A program made the translations under genes and the position numbers. DNA of 64,000 nt from Epiperipatus broadwayi. Taxonomy: Eukaryota > Animalia > Onychophora. The DNA lies in contig JAQFVV010000005.1 in NCBI GenBank assembly GCA_028023455.1, forward strand, positions 5,766,001-5,830,000, in the 5' to 3' direction. Positions 13,461 through 27,099 of the stretch are shown here, piece by piece. The notes below the pieces were generated by a model, which worked only from the letters and a program-made list of their open reading frames with translations, ran no database searches and was not told the origin of the DNA. The first letter of the stretch is position 1; the number at the start of each line of letters is the position of its first letter.

Positions 13461-13959
13461 ATAATCTTTTATACACATTTTAATCTTTATTTTGCAATAT
13501 ATATAGTTACCAAATTACTACAGTTTAAAAGATAAGTGTCAAATGTGCTGCCCTCACAACTTTGACACAAATCATTTAATGAAAATATATTAATAAATTT
13601 TATTAGTCATTCATTAAACTAGAGATTATCCAATAATGAATAATATTTCTGTAGAGCAATTTTCACTATTTGTATTTCATTTTTGTAGCAAAAGCATTTA
13701 TTACATAGATTTTAAATCCATCACTCTATGTTTGTGTTATACTCCATACTGTGTGCATATGTATTGCAGCATAACACATGCAGCAGATATCACATAATAC
13801 ACATTTGCATATATAAGCTACTCATAAATGTATGAAAAAAGATATAAAAAAGTGCTCTAGAAATGTATTTTGGATGATTATACAAACCAATTTGTGAGTC
13901 ACAAAGATGTTCACATACAAAATATATTGGTCTATTTTTTTGTTCATTCAATGCTGCTG

Positions 13960-16900
13960 ACTTTTAATTTTCTCAGCAAAAAACTTTTCTTTCCAAATTG
14001 CTTCAACAACCTGCCTAACTGTAGCTCTCCAATGTATTCTTTGCTATATTTTTCCAATTGAAATAAAGAATATCATAAATGTGATAAATTGCTCACTCAA
14101 AAATCATGAACAAGTTCACCATAAAACGCCCTTTTAGAAAGACTTGCATTATTCATTAATTTACATTCCAACTATGTTCACCAAATTGAATTATACATTA
14201 ATTGGTTTTATGCCCTTGTCATTGTATTTTTAAAATTTGATAAAGCATTCTTAAGTAAAACTTATCTAATACTTTTTTTAAATATTTATTCCATTAGCAT
14301 GTAATCTATAACATGTATAATTGCTATTCATACAGATAATGAAGTTTGTAAAAGCAAATAGTACTCTGCAATTTAATGAGCTGAGTGCTTTTGGAAAGCT
14401 TTATGCTTCCATAATTATAGCTACTAAAGTGTTAAGAACTATACAAATGTAGTATGCAAATGTATGCAAATTAATGCAAAGTAATTAAAGAGACCATTTT
14501 TTGAGAGATAGAAAAGCATGCATCACATCTATTGATTGATATAGGATTGCTTGCTATATAGTGTGCTTCCTTTACCCTACTTTGGTGTCGTTTCTTTCAG
14601 AACAGACAACAATTGCAGTGATTAGTTGGAAAACATGGCCAGTGGTTCTTTCATGATTCATCAACAATACCAAAGATAGAATCACACCTGAATTCATCCC
14701 TCAAGTCATTTATAAGATCACATGCCTTCAGAACAATTGCCAGGCATCATATTATGGTAAAACCAGAACTAACATTACAACCAGAATTGCACAGCATAAA
14801 TACCTTTATAACAAGACTGTAACTAAGCTAGAAGATAATTCAATCTTTACCAAACATGAAAGGACCACTGGCCATGTTTTCCAACCAACCACTGCAATTT
14901 TTGTTCTGAAAGAAACAACACCAAATGTAAGGTAAAGGAAGCATGCTATATAGCAAGCAATCCTACATCAATCAATAGACATGATACATGCTTTTCTCTC
15001 TCTCAAAAATGGTCTCTTTAATCACTTTGCATTAATTTGCATATATTTGCATACCACATTTGTATAGTTCTCAACACTTGAGTAGCTATGATTATGGAAG
15101 CATAAAGCCTTCCGAAAGTGCTCAGCTCATTAAATTGCAGAGTATTATTTGCTTTTACAAACTTTAAGTGGTGTTGGTAGACTGTCCAAGTTTTACTTCC
15201 TTACAGTAAATTAGGTAAAGTAATAGCTCAATATACAGTTTATTTAGTTGCAGCATTTATTGCCTTCTATGAAATACTCTGTCTATTAACCAATCAAAAG
15301 CAGCAGCTATGCACTGAAATCTTTGTTGCACCTCTACATCTATGTCAATCTTTCGACTTATAAAATCATAGAGATATTTAAATTGGTTTGCATTCTCAAG
15401 TTGATTATCATCCAAGTAAAAAGTTGCTGGAGAATTTTCTTCTATTACTAGCTGACAAAAGAAAGTTATATTTTATGAACATTATTAAATCAAAGCCTTT
15501 ATACATTCCATTCAAAACATTAAATAAATTCTATAGATTGATTATCTTTTGAATTGGTAAAAATAATGCAATCATCAGATATTGTAATTCCAGAATCCAT
15601 AAAGTTGAAGCTAATGTCTTCACTTTTGACTGATTCAAATTAGAAATTCCACCACCAAATTTGCTCTGCATCTCAATCTCTGCTTTATTAAACCACCAAT
15701 AAATAGTTTCAAAGATCACTGTCATTAAAATTGAGACCATTGTTGGAGCAACTATATATCTTTTTCATGCCAACTTTTATTTCAAATACTTTAGATTTTC
15801 ACCTGTGTAATATTTCCTTTTATTCCATTATGTAGATGCTATATATGAATAAACTTTGATGAATAACTAATTAATGTCAAATAATTCCATAAATATGTTT
15901 GATTAACTGAGTCAAATGTTTGACCAAATCAATAAAAGCAACATATATATTATTCTTTTGTTCCTGATACTTATTTTGTATTTTCCTAGAAAAAAAATGC
16001 TATATTATTTCTTGATATTCTAAAACCTCATTAGTTTTTGGTAGCCATATATATATATATATGACTGAAAATAATCTAATCAATAAAATCCTTGGAAGTA
16101 CCTTTACAATAGTGGATAATAATGATATTCTATACTAATTATGGCGATCTTATCCATTCCCATTATTTTTAAAAATTGGATCATTAAAAACACCTTTAAG
16201 ATTAAACCATACAATTTCATGAGTAATATATATCTAAAAAATTCCAATATTTTAAAAGCTAAAATATCATCATTCTTCTTTAGGTATTTCATCAGAACCT
16301 GCAGTTTTTCCATTTTTAAGATTAGATTGAGCTATTTTGCCTTGATTAAATTAGATATCTTTGTCCAAATCTAAATGAATAAATAAAATGGATATATCAT
16401 TAAAAGATGTCACTTCAATTCATATATCTTTATTTAAAAAACAATCAAAATCCTTTTTCCATATTGTCATTTTGTAAGAAAGTGTCAGTGTTGGATTTAA
16501 CAAGATTATGATACTATTTTTCAAGTCCATATGTTGCTTTCAGTGCATCAAAAAACAGAATATTTAGAATGACCATGATCGATGAATGTTTGTATCTTGT
16601 TTGCACTTTTAATTCACCATTTTTAAATCTCGATACTTGAACTTTCAACTTTAAATTCCTGTATTTATTATAAAAGTTTCACATTTAATTTATTACTCTT
16701 ACAAAAAGAAAATGGCACATTTTTTAAAAATTAATTCACGATAAAACCATTGTCAAAAAATAGTTATGAATCTTTTTAATGAACCCAAGAATAGATTTAT
16801 TTATATCCATAACACATTTGTCAAGACATTTCCACATGTCAATAATATGACAATCCTGAAGTTTCAAATCAGAAAGCTTAGCATTTAATAGCTGTTGGAA

Positions 16901-17650
16901 TTTAACATAAATAATAGTCTTCCAGAGAATGAATACCAAGTTCTTGCAAATATATTTGGAGAAAGATCTTTAACTTTTGAGCAAACTAATATAATTTGCT
17001 CTTGTAAGTGCCTACATAATATGAACTCTTGCATTCTGATTTTTAACTATAATATAATGTTAAAAGGCATTGTTTTGAGCATGAATGATATCCATGTTTT
17101 TCATATGATTTCTCTGTCTAACCAAAGTGGTTATAAAAGTCAATTCATGTGTTATGTAAAAATTCAGTAATAACAATTTGAAATTTATAGCAATGCTATT
17201 ATTATTTCCAACAACTTTAATCCAAAGTTTAATATTTGCACCAACATGTGAATTAAAGTCTTCAAGAAGAAAACTTTGATTTTTTAATGGTATTACTGCA
17301 ATAATGCTATCCAGAAAAGAGCAAAAGCATTTTTTTCTTTGAAATCTCTAATTTAATATTGGAAACATAAGCAATAATAAAATGAATACTAATACTATTG
17401 TGCAAGGTAAGTTTTAACACCATTAGTCCTTTATTGACACAATAAAGAATTCCAAGATAGCAAACCCAGCATTCTCTTTTCAGTGACTGATATGGCCTTC
17501 CACCTATTTCTATTAATCTTCCATCCTCTGAAAAATTAATTGCACTAAAAGCAGTTATATTAATGTTAAATCTTGACAATTTCTTAGTTATCAGTAATGT
17601 CCTCTATTCTTGCCTTGAAAAGTTAGTATCCAGTAAAGTTCACACATTTC
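13960..17650 (-). mobile_element. Highly decayed RTE-clade (BovB-like) LINE, APE+RT, interrupted by a Penelope fragment at 14342-15165
   Basis: Motif remnants in order on the minus strand: LEDFNSHVG (GDFN), YRISLLSTIVK, AFIDLVK.FDSVN, ENANQFKYL, VY*AITLPNLL*GSKTWTVYQHHLK, SLSKRAFYGEL, IHWRATVRQ; many stops and frameshifts. Confidence 0.75.
14342..15165 (+). mobile_element. Penelope-like element 3' fragment (GIY-YIG endonuclease) with an inverted pseudo-LTR
   Basis: About 14690-14990 encodes VIYKITCLQNNCQASYYGKTRTNITTRIAQHK...SIFTKHERTTGHVF...KEACYI...SINR. 14342-14655 is an inverted copy of 14855-15165. Confidence 0.85.
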
Positions 17651-17941
17651 ATGTGCTATTTTTTTAAAAAAAGATTTATACTATTTAAATTATAGTACTA
17701 TCACTATCTCTTGCTACCACTGTTACTACTACTATCATTATTATTTTGGCTTTAATGAATAATCTGCCAAGGAATTACAACTTAGCCAGACTGTGCAAGA
17801 CAGGGCCATTTTAAACCACATTTAAAAGCCCTTTTCACTTATTTAGTAGGCAAGCAGATCATCAAATAGGGTTACCTGAATTTACAACTTGCCATCTGAA
17901 ACTTCTATTTCAAATATAGTTTAAAATAATTCATGGTGCTT

Positions 17942-19119
17942 GTCTTATACTTAAAGACGCCATTCGATGGTGCCGTTTTCATGCTAAAACTATAAAATAT
18001 GAACATTCCCAGGCCGTTGATTTTAATCATTTTGATGTGTTTTTTTGTAATGCGAAAATAAAAACAAAACAAAATTGTCTTTTTTAAATGTTATTTTTTA
18101 TTAACATATACAAATTAAATGATGATAATAATAAATGTAAAATAAAATAAACAAATTATAATTTGATTCATGTTTTGTATTTTGCTTTATTAGAAAAATC
18201 AATTTTCTATCGTATATTTTTTTACTGGGGTTATGGCTTTACCGCTATTTTTACTTCATATAGAATGACAACAAAAAGTAAAAGTTGTTACGGTTAGGTT
18301 TAGGGTTAGTTTTAGGGTTAGGTTTAGGGTTAGGTTTAGGTTTAGTGTTCTGTTGTTTGTAATGCTAAAATAAAAAATATCAAAATCGTATTTTTGTAAA
18401 TATTTTTTTTAGTAACATATATAAAATAAATGATAACAATAAATGTAAACTATATTCAACAAAGTATAACCGTAGTCGGAGAAAAGAAAGAGAGTAAAAC
18501 TTTTTTAAACAACAACAAAAATGTCTTCTTTACTTATTAATCATGTTTATAATATATGCTTTTTATGAAATTTACAAAAAAAACCATGCAGTACTTTTCT
18601 TACTGGATATTTTTGTGTTACTGCTCTTTTTTACTTCAAAAATATACACATGGTAGAATCTTGTTTGTCTCGTGGAATGTTACGAACAGTATGTTACTTG
18701 ACACGTTACCTAATTCCAACTCACTTTACACATATATCTTGTCAACATTTTCACAATTAAAACTTCAATACAGTACTGTGTAAAAAGTCTGATAATTATT
18801 ACTTTACAAAATCTGAACATTTCAATACTTTAAAATAAAAAAAAATCAAATGAAAAAAACATTTCCATCCAATTCAAAAAACACACCCTCTCACCAAACC
18901 GTAACCATTTTATAAACTGTGCGAATTCAGAAAATGTATTTGCTGTGATGTGACATACATGCTGTACTGTGACGTGACATAGCAGCCTGCAAACTGTAGC
19001 ATGACAAAAAAGTTGTATTATAGAAAATGCGGGTTCAAACGTGTCGGCTGCGGAAACGGCATTTTTAGGTGTTTTAGCGAGAAAACGGCGCCATACAGCA
19101 GCATCTTTAGCTATAAGAC
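17942..19119. mobile_element. Non-autonomous DNA transposon (about 1.18 kb) with about 50-bp imperfect TIRs
   Basis: Left gtcttatacttaaagacgccattcgatggtgccgttttcatgctaaaac versus right (reverse complement) gtcttatagctaaagatgctgctgtatggcgccgttttctcgctaaaac; no coding capacity. Confidence 0.75.
18292..18345 (+). repeat. Telomere-like hexamer array (GGTTAG/GTTTAG, mostly alternating, 9 units)
   Basis: ggttag gtttag ggttag ttttag ggttag gtttag ggttag gtttag gtttag, inside the TIR element. Confidence 0.9.
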
Positions 19120-20499
19120 TAGTACCTAATTCATCAATGATTCTACTGCCACAAGCAAAAATTATGATTACCAGTCTTTGAAACCTGCCCCCATAGCTTT
19201 TCCTTAATTCTTGAGGACTTGAGCTAAAAAAAAAATCAAAAGGGATTTGGAGTCAAAAATGCTGTGTGTACAAACAGAAAATCACTTTGTCACATTTAAT
19301 ATAAAGAGATAATTCATGGCATGGTGGACTCATGCTGATGGGATTCTACACTAATTTAAAGGACTTAAGAAGAAAAAGAGGGAGTAAGAGAAGACTGTTT
19401 ACATTAAAAATAATGCCTAGTATGAAGATCTAATATTAATCTTGCAAACAACAGGGGCATTCTTGATTAGGCATTGTTTATTTGTTATTTGCAGTTAATC
19501 TTCACATTCACTATCTGCCACCCATGGATTCCATTAGTAGGCTGAGCAGAAGTGAAACTGATTTCAATATTTTCCATATACATTTCATGAATTTCAAATT
19601 ATTGATGTATAATAAAAAGTTTAACATCTTTAAAAACTGCATAAATTTCTTTATGCATAAATTCAGATCTGATTCTGAATGAAGCAAGAATGTTTCATCA
19701 TTAATTTCAACAACTGATCTTGTAGAGGTTCAAACTCTGGATTGTATGATTTTCACGTCAATAATGGCACTTCAGGATTAACTTTTTTTTCAAATTTAAT
19801 TCAGTTTTTTTGGATCCATAGCAGCTCCTTTCCAATAAACTTTCTTATCTCATCCATTCATCTTAAGCACTCAATTTCTAGGTCTTCAACCATCCTACTT
19901 TGTTCAGTATCCCAAACAATTGCTTAGTTTTGATTTCTAATGAAACATGAATGTTGATCAACTATTAATTCTTGGGCTATTTGTCGTTTGTATATTGACT
20001 TAACTTTTCAAATATCACTTGCATGATTTTTGAGGTATTTAAGAGAAGAATCTTGGAAATTATCGTGTGGATGGATGTTCATTTTAAAAAAAAAGAAGGG
20101 ATTTCATGTTTGTTTATTTTTAAAAGTTAAACGTTTTTTTTATTTAGATGTTTAATAATTACTTTATAAAAAGATTATACTATATCAAATATCATGTGAC
20201 CATTAACTTTCATTAATAAACAAACGAATAAATAAAAGTTTCAAGTTTCATAATAAAATAGAACTGAATAATATTTTGAACTATAGAATAAAATTATATT
20301 AAAATGAATCTTTGTCAATCTTTTATTACATTATATATGCGCAGGTGTGTGAAAGCCTGTACAGCGTATTAAATTACATATTTAAACATAGTGCGTTAAA
20401 GGTCTGCCCATCCCTCGCATTTGTATGTAAATGGATTGTTTTCCAGTACATGAGGGGTCAGAATGACTAACGGTCAACGTGGGTAGGATGACAATTTTG

Positions 20500-20800
20500 G
20501 CACTAATGTGAACTTTGAACATTCCATCATCAGATTTTCAATGAAATGGATGGCTGAAGAGTTGTGGGTTGGAGTAGTTTGAAGCCTGTCCATTAAAGTA
20601 TGAAGATTGGCTATCTTAATATAAAGCTGAGCACTGATTGTATATATGTGTGGAGATAATCTGGACCAACTGATGATTGCTGGCTTAACATGAAATACGA
20701 ATATTGGTGATTATTTATCTTTTCAACATGTGTGTGATCAAGTGGGTCAGCAATATGAGATGGCTTGGAGAGTTGAGGGTCGTATGAAAGTCTGAGTTCG
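20500..20800 (+). mobile_element. Family A hammerhead repeat copy
   Basis: Aligns with 48150-48400 (aaatggatg...cctgtccattaaag...gctatcttaatat..gctgagcactgattgtatatatgtgtg). Confidence 0.75.
20666..20707 (+). ncRNA. Type I hammerhead ribozyme motif, family A (stem II decayed)
   Basis: CCAA CTGATGA ttgctggcttaacat GAAA TACGA ATA TTGG. Confidence 0.6.
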
Positions 20801-21479
20801 TACCACTATATATTAAATGCAGTTTTCTATTTGTTATTTCGAGTTGTTTCCTTTTGTTCAAACGATATATTTTTAAATTTCTAATAAATAAATAAATATT
20901 AATTACTGATTTTGACTTAGGACAAAATCTACCTTATTTTAAAAATTAAAATTCATGATATCAATCTATAACTAATCAAACTTTTTAATAGTAGTCGCTT
21001 CATAAATTTTTCAACCGTGTGGCTCAAATTTTATTAGCATTGAAAGCGGGGATGATCTAAAACATTACAAGAAGATCCTTCTGTGTGCATTTTTATCTGA
21101 AAACACTTCTCAAATTGTCATCACTATTTGTTTAAGATAATCAAAATTCATTTAGTATTTTCTCCTACTTTGTAGAAATTTTGAGTATATAGTAAATAAG
21201 CTGAATTATTTCAAGCATTTTTTATTCTTTAACTATAAATTATACTGGCAGTAAAAATCAAAATTAAAAAAAAAAGTCTACTTATAACAATGATTTTGAA
21301 TGTCACTTATATTATAATAAATTGTTTCTATAATTTATATAATGCAGAATGTGATTAATTTAAAAGATTATACGTCAGATTATATAATAATAATTGCTAA
21401 GCGTTCATTCTAATAAAATGAATAAAAAAATTTGTCATTTTATTTGACGAACTATCAATCTCTATAGTGTCACTTTTAT

Positions 21480-21960
21480 TTTCAAAGAATCCAACTCCAC
21501 TTGTCCTTCCAATATTTGGGACTTTGTAAAAAAATTCATGTCTGTTTTTTTTTTTTTAAACTAATTGACTCTCCATCTTTTCTTCTAATTTCACAATGTC
21601 CAATATTATTCCACTTATTATTAGATAGTTCTTTCAATTGATGCGATTTGATCATGAGTAGTAATTAAAAATTTTTTATTAAATGGTAGTCTTAAGTCTG
21701 TAATCAGAAAATCTCACCAACCTTTGATTTCAGATACCAATTGCTACCTCTGCTAATTTACAGGTATCTGTGAGTTAGAATCCTAACTTAATTTTGTCTG
21801 TCTTGATTATAAATATAAAAAATACTGGCCATTCACACATAGATTCATACATTCAATCTGCCATCAAAGTAATCCCAATTAATGTTTCAGTCAGTTAAAA
21901 ACTGTAAGGTCATGGTGTGAGATGTAGAAACCAATAAATTTACTATACTGACTGCTGGCA
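21480..21960 (-). pseudogene. Possible LINE AP-endonuclease relic
   Basis: Only short remnants (LTET, GRTSGVGFF) in the expected order. Confidence 0.3.
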
Positions 21961-24900
21961 GACACTTAATTTACATTATTTTATTATATGAATAATTAAT
22001 TATGTGGCAATAACAGCTGCAATGCCAAGTGTGCATATGGAAACATTGGGAATTGTTTTTGCTTTGTTTTAAAGACATCAAAGAAGAATCCCCCTCTTTT
22101 TGCAGTTAAAATGTGTATTAATATATATATACATATGATGTAAAGGGCTTAATAAAGCTTTTAATACCAGTCTACAATTAAAATGCCGGCATAAAACATT
22201 AATTGTGAGGCAAATAATCAATGGAAAATTCGATGATGATGATCAATGTTATCATCTTGGTATAGCAATCAATTTAGTGCTAATTAGCCATTCTACCTTT
22301 ACCCAGAGAATTTAACTTTTTCATACACAAATATATATATATAAGTATGTAATAAGAATATAAATCCTAAACAATGTATGCAATACGTAAATAAATTAAC
22401 AGTAAGCCTTTACGTTTTTAAAACATTAAATAAATAAATTGCAGAAATGGTTTTAATTACTATTGCATAATTGCTATCAACTGCTTTTACTTATTAATAT
22501 ATACCATAATAAATTATTTTATATTATTCATTATTTCATGAATTTTTACATTCACATTTTGTTTATTAAGCAAATTACTTTTTCTGTTAATTTTTTTTTT
22601 TTTTTCATTTAAAATTTTGTTTTATTCGAGTCAAATACAAACTGACCTTACTTTTAAGTTTATTATCATTAATTGCAAAAAAATGTTTGAGCAATATTTA
22701 GTTTGCTTTGCTTTAACCCTCTTATATAATAATTGATATTCTTTAAATCTTTTTTAATAAATACCAAGCCTCACCAATTATCTAAAAAAAGAAATAATTA
22801 TATACATTACGTTATTTTTGTGCTTTTTAAAAATGCTATCTTTTGAATTATTAAATAGTCAATTTACTAAGTAATATACTATATGCAACTTACTAATATG
22901 CAGAACAAATATCATTTATTATTACTTTTACATGATATGGTTTTGAAATCCATATTCTATTACTATTGACAGTATTTAAATTTTCTTTAAAGTTTTTGAT
23001 CTCTTGCTTAATATATCCAATTATTAATACCATTTATTGTCTATACTGTCTACTATTTTTATAATTATCATTAATTTATTTACATAATTTAGCATCCCCT
23101 TGTTTTTTTTTTTAAAAACTTAAGCCAACCATTTTACATGATATTTAAAAGCATTTCTGCAATTTATTTTTTATTTAATGGTTTTTTTTTTTAAAATTAG
23201 AGATTACCGTGACTTATTTATATATAAATTTAAGATGATTCATAAGTCTAGCAGCATAAAAAAAAAGACAAATTTAAGCCTTTATTTACAGAGCTTTCTC
23301 TATAGGTTCATCATTAATGTTCTTAATATACAAATTTACATGTTTTATCTAAATCAATAAACACCTATGAAGATTGTTTCTATAAACTATGCAACATGTC
23401 TGACAATGAAACTTTGTTCTAAATAACAGAATTTTTTAGGACTGAATTTTGTGATGTCTTTTTCACTTTCTATGAGAGGAATTATTCAGATTTATTCTTT
23501 CTCTTGTTTAGACTCATAATGATTATTATAAGTATAAAGTTTGTGTTAAACTTATAATGCCAGATTGAGAAGACACCCTTATATATATACTATTTAAATA
23601 TCATGAAAATAATAATAATGAATTGCCATTTAACAGATAACTAGAACAATTTATTCCAAATTTTATCATTGAATATTTTTAAAAATTAATTCACACTGAA
23701 AAACAACAGAGAAAACCTTAATGTAGAATTCAAATTTCTATTTGAACAAATTCATTAGCCAGATATAAAAACCTTAAATGCTCAGTCTGACAATGACTAC
23801 CAAATTTTAAATGTCTAGAATCTTTATTGTTTAAGGTTTAAGATGTAAACAGAAACCTACAAATGCACATATATATTTAATATATAGATATATATTTGAT
23901 TAAATATCTCATAAATATGTGATATATTAGCTTTATATATTTATGGTTTCTATAAAAATTTATAAAAACTTAATCTTATATATGGCTATATTTGATGAAA
24001 AGTCAACTAATATCTTGCAGGATATATTTCTGACAATAAAATCTGATGTCATCAGCTGCTTTGGATACCATTTAAAATCACATCAAACACACCAGTTCAC
24101 ATGAAGCTTGATATCAAAGTTTGAATGTGCATTTTAGTAATAATTTATCTAAAGCATCCTTTATTATTGCATTTGATGTATTCTCAAATGGTGTTTAAAA
24201 CAGCTCAATGATGTCAGAATTGACTGTCAAAAACATGTTTTGCAAGAGGTAATTGATTTTCTTTAATAATACCTTTTATAAAATCTAAGGTTCTATAAAT
24301 TTCTATAGAGGGAGTAAATAAATACTGTTAATATATTATATAAATATATATAGAGATAAAATGAAAAAAAAAAACCCCATGTAAATAAAAAGAAAATGGG
24401 TGTGTGAATATTTACATATAAATAATCAAATAAGTAATGATAATATTGTAATTTTTATTCTCAGAAATTAAAGCAATGGCTAAATAACTAAATCATTTTT
24501 TACCACAAGATATTGTATATTAATTGTAGATGCTCATAGTTAAAATCTTACTATTTTATTTGTAATCACATATGTTGTTAATTACTGTTATTATACATAT
24601 ATCTATAGAAAGAAAAAATATAAATAAAGAAAGAGTGCATGATATATATATATATATGTTTAATAATGTTAAATGCTAATGGCTAAAATGGAAAAAAAAT
24701 ATTAAACACTGCTAACTGTTTAAACATATATACATAACACATATCATACATCATTTAAATGGATTTAAATTTTATTTTTTAATTCCTCTTAAGTTCTGAT
24801 ATGAGAACATTAATATTTTTAGTTTATTTTTAAAATTGCTTACTTTTCTAATCTTAAGTTGTTATATAGTTATACAATATCAACTACTTGAAATTTCTAG

Positions 24901-26648
24901 CTAGAAAAAAACCCAATATAATTATTTAGCATCTTTAGCCTAAGACAGGCGGGAGGGTTTCGTTTGTTGTTAATACTGTTCATGATTGTATAAATCCAAA
25001 TTTAAAAACGACAACAAATAAATGTAAACATCTTTAATATGCTTTTTTAAAAATAAAAATAAATGCTTACAAGTGGTGCTGAATCAAAAATTTGATATTT
25101 TGGTTATGGAGAAGGTGTTGCATCATCTATGAATTGGCTTTCTATGTAAAATAAAGTTTAGTTCATTTAATTCTATGTTAGTCAAAATATTAAAAAAAAT
25201 TTATTGGATATATTGGATTTTTAAATATAGAGGTATATGTTTGAAAATAAAAATCAGAATTGTTTAAAGTATCTTATGACTCTCTAAGGATATAAAAGTT
25301 GGATATTAAAAAGAGACGAAATAAGTATTCAAACTTGTGAATACTTTAGCTGGTGAACATTTTAGAGAACTTCATGCTCAATAAGAAAAACAACCAAGAG
25401 ACTTGGCTATTAAAAATTCTAAAAAAGCAAACAATGATACTACATATATTAATATTAGTATATATCTAGGGAGAGGATTGAGGAAAGGAAAAGAGAGGAG
25501 TAAGAAGGGGGAGGTAGAGAGGGAGGGAGGGAGATAGAGAGAGGAAGAAAATATTTATTTAAGAAGAACAAAAATGTGTGTATATTTATACAGAATATAT
25601 ATAATCAAAAAATTATCAGAAAAATATGTTCCATAACTGGGTTTTTTTAATAATATGTAAAAGGGTTTACTAAAGTTTATTGTATAGCTCTAAATATTAA
25701 GATACAAGAACGGTTTGAATTAAATTGAAAAATTTTTGAACATGTTTATGATTTTTATTTTGTAACAGTCCCAGACAATCGAGCTAACTATCTAATATTA
25801 TTACTAGAGAATAAAACAAGAAAAAAAATACCCACCCCCATCAACTATCTGATAATTGTTAAACCTAAATAGTATTGCAATCTCTAATAGAGATTGTTGG
25901 AGTGGTCTTTAAAAATCCTGTGGTAGACCATTTAACGACTGTTTTGTCTTTTTTTATTATTATTAAGATACAAGAACAAGAGTGTTAAGGCGGTCATAAG
26001 CAATTGCAATCGGCCATTGGAATAGTTTGGTTTTTGCTTAGTTATTTCATCTTTTGAGGCTGCCTGCAGTATTTCCTAACTACTAAACTTCAGCATCTAC
26101 TTAAATCCATTTGTTCTTCAAAATAGAATAAATTTGGTTTTCTAGGAGAAAACAACCAGTTGCCATTAATGATGCAGAAAATGATTAATGTTTTTCGATC
26201 CGTAATAACTAACAAGAACTGGAGAAAGGTCAAAGTTAAAAGTTAGAATCAGAGTTAGGAAAACAGCGGGTTAAAAACAACATGCCAAATCACAGGTTAT
26301 TTTGGCAAATTTCATCTAAATTAGAATGTTTAATAGTTGTTCAATACAAAAGGTCACATGTCAAAAATAAATTAGAAAGTCTTTTACTCGAAATAGTTAT
26401 AGTTAGTAGATAAACGAAATTATTCAGAGATTTAAATTCTAACATAAAAGTAGTTTTTTTAAAAAAATTCTAATTAAACAACAAAAAAATATTATTTTTT
26501 TTACTTAAAGATAAATAAAGTAATAAGATAACACACACACCTTTTTCCCTATATATTTACATACACACACAAAAGATTCTTAATAAAGAGTTAGTGCATT
26601 AACCCTCTACGTTTATTGTTTGAGATATAAATCAGTAATAGCGCTATA

Positions 26649-26717
26649 AGTGCTCGTGGTGTAAAGATAGCGCATCTGCGCATGCGGGTATGAAATGGGT
26701 TTGATTTCTGGCCAATC
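26649..26717 (+). pseudogene. Decayed tRNA(Gly)-like sequence or SINE head
   Basis: catgcgggtatgaaatgggtttgatttctggccaatca resembles the tRNA-Gly 3' half CACGCGGG...GGGTTCGATTCCCGGCCAATGCA with CpG decay. Confidence 0.45.
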
Positions 26718-27099
26718 AAACCTTAATTAAAAGTTCAATTTAGGCGTAAATTTTTATCCATAAGTAGCTGTCCCATAATCAATCAGGCAAGCTATCCATT
26801 ATAGATACACGAGTATCTAGCTATTTTTAACTAAATGTTAAAACAGAGTTAGACGATTTGAAACTTTCACCATACTGCAATTGGAAAGCTTGGTGAGAAA
26901 TGCTTTCTCCTTTATTATTATTCTACGAAAGGCTGTTGGAAAGTTTAAATGTTTATCTTTCCAATAAAGCTGAACATTTTTTTTATGTAGTTGAAGCAAA
27001 TAAATTCATAATTAACCTAATTTGTCATGCAATATTAATTTATAAAATTGATATCTTATTATTCTATTCTTGATTGGAAAATAGAAAGCAAGCAAGGAA

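Noticed and set aside
19480-20060. Coding-like decayed stretch on the minus strand
   Set aside because: Many stops and no motif I can assign.
22015-22110. Cys-rich frame CNAKCAYGNIGNCFC resembling a defensin
   Set aside because: Too few cysteines for a CS-alpha-beta fold; no signal peptide or convincing donor.
24017-24059. GCAG CTGATGA...GAAA TAT ATC CTGC hammerhead-like string (minus strand)
   Set aside because: Core, stem I and stem III fit, but stem II does not pair and no related copy was seen. It may be a decayed ribozyme, but it is not supportable.
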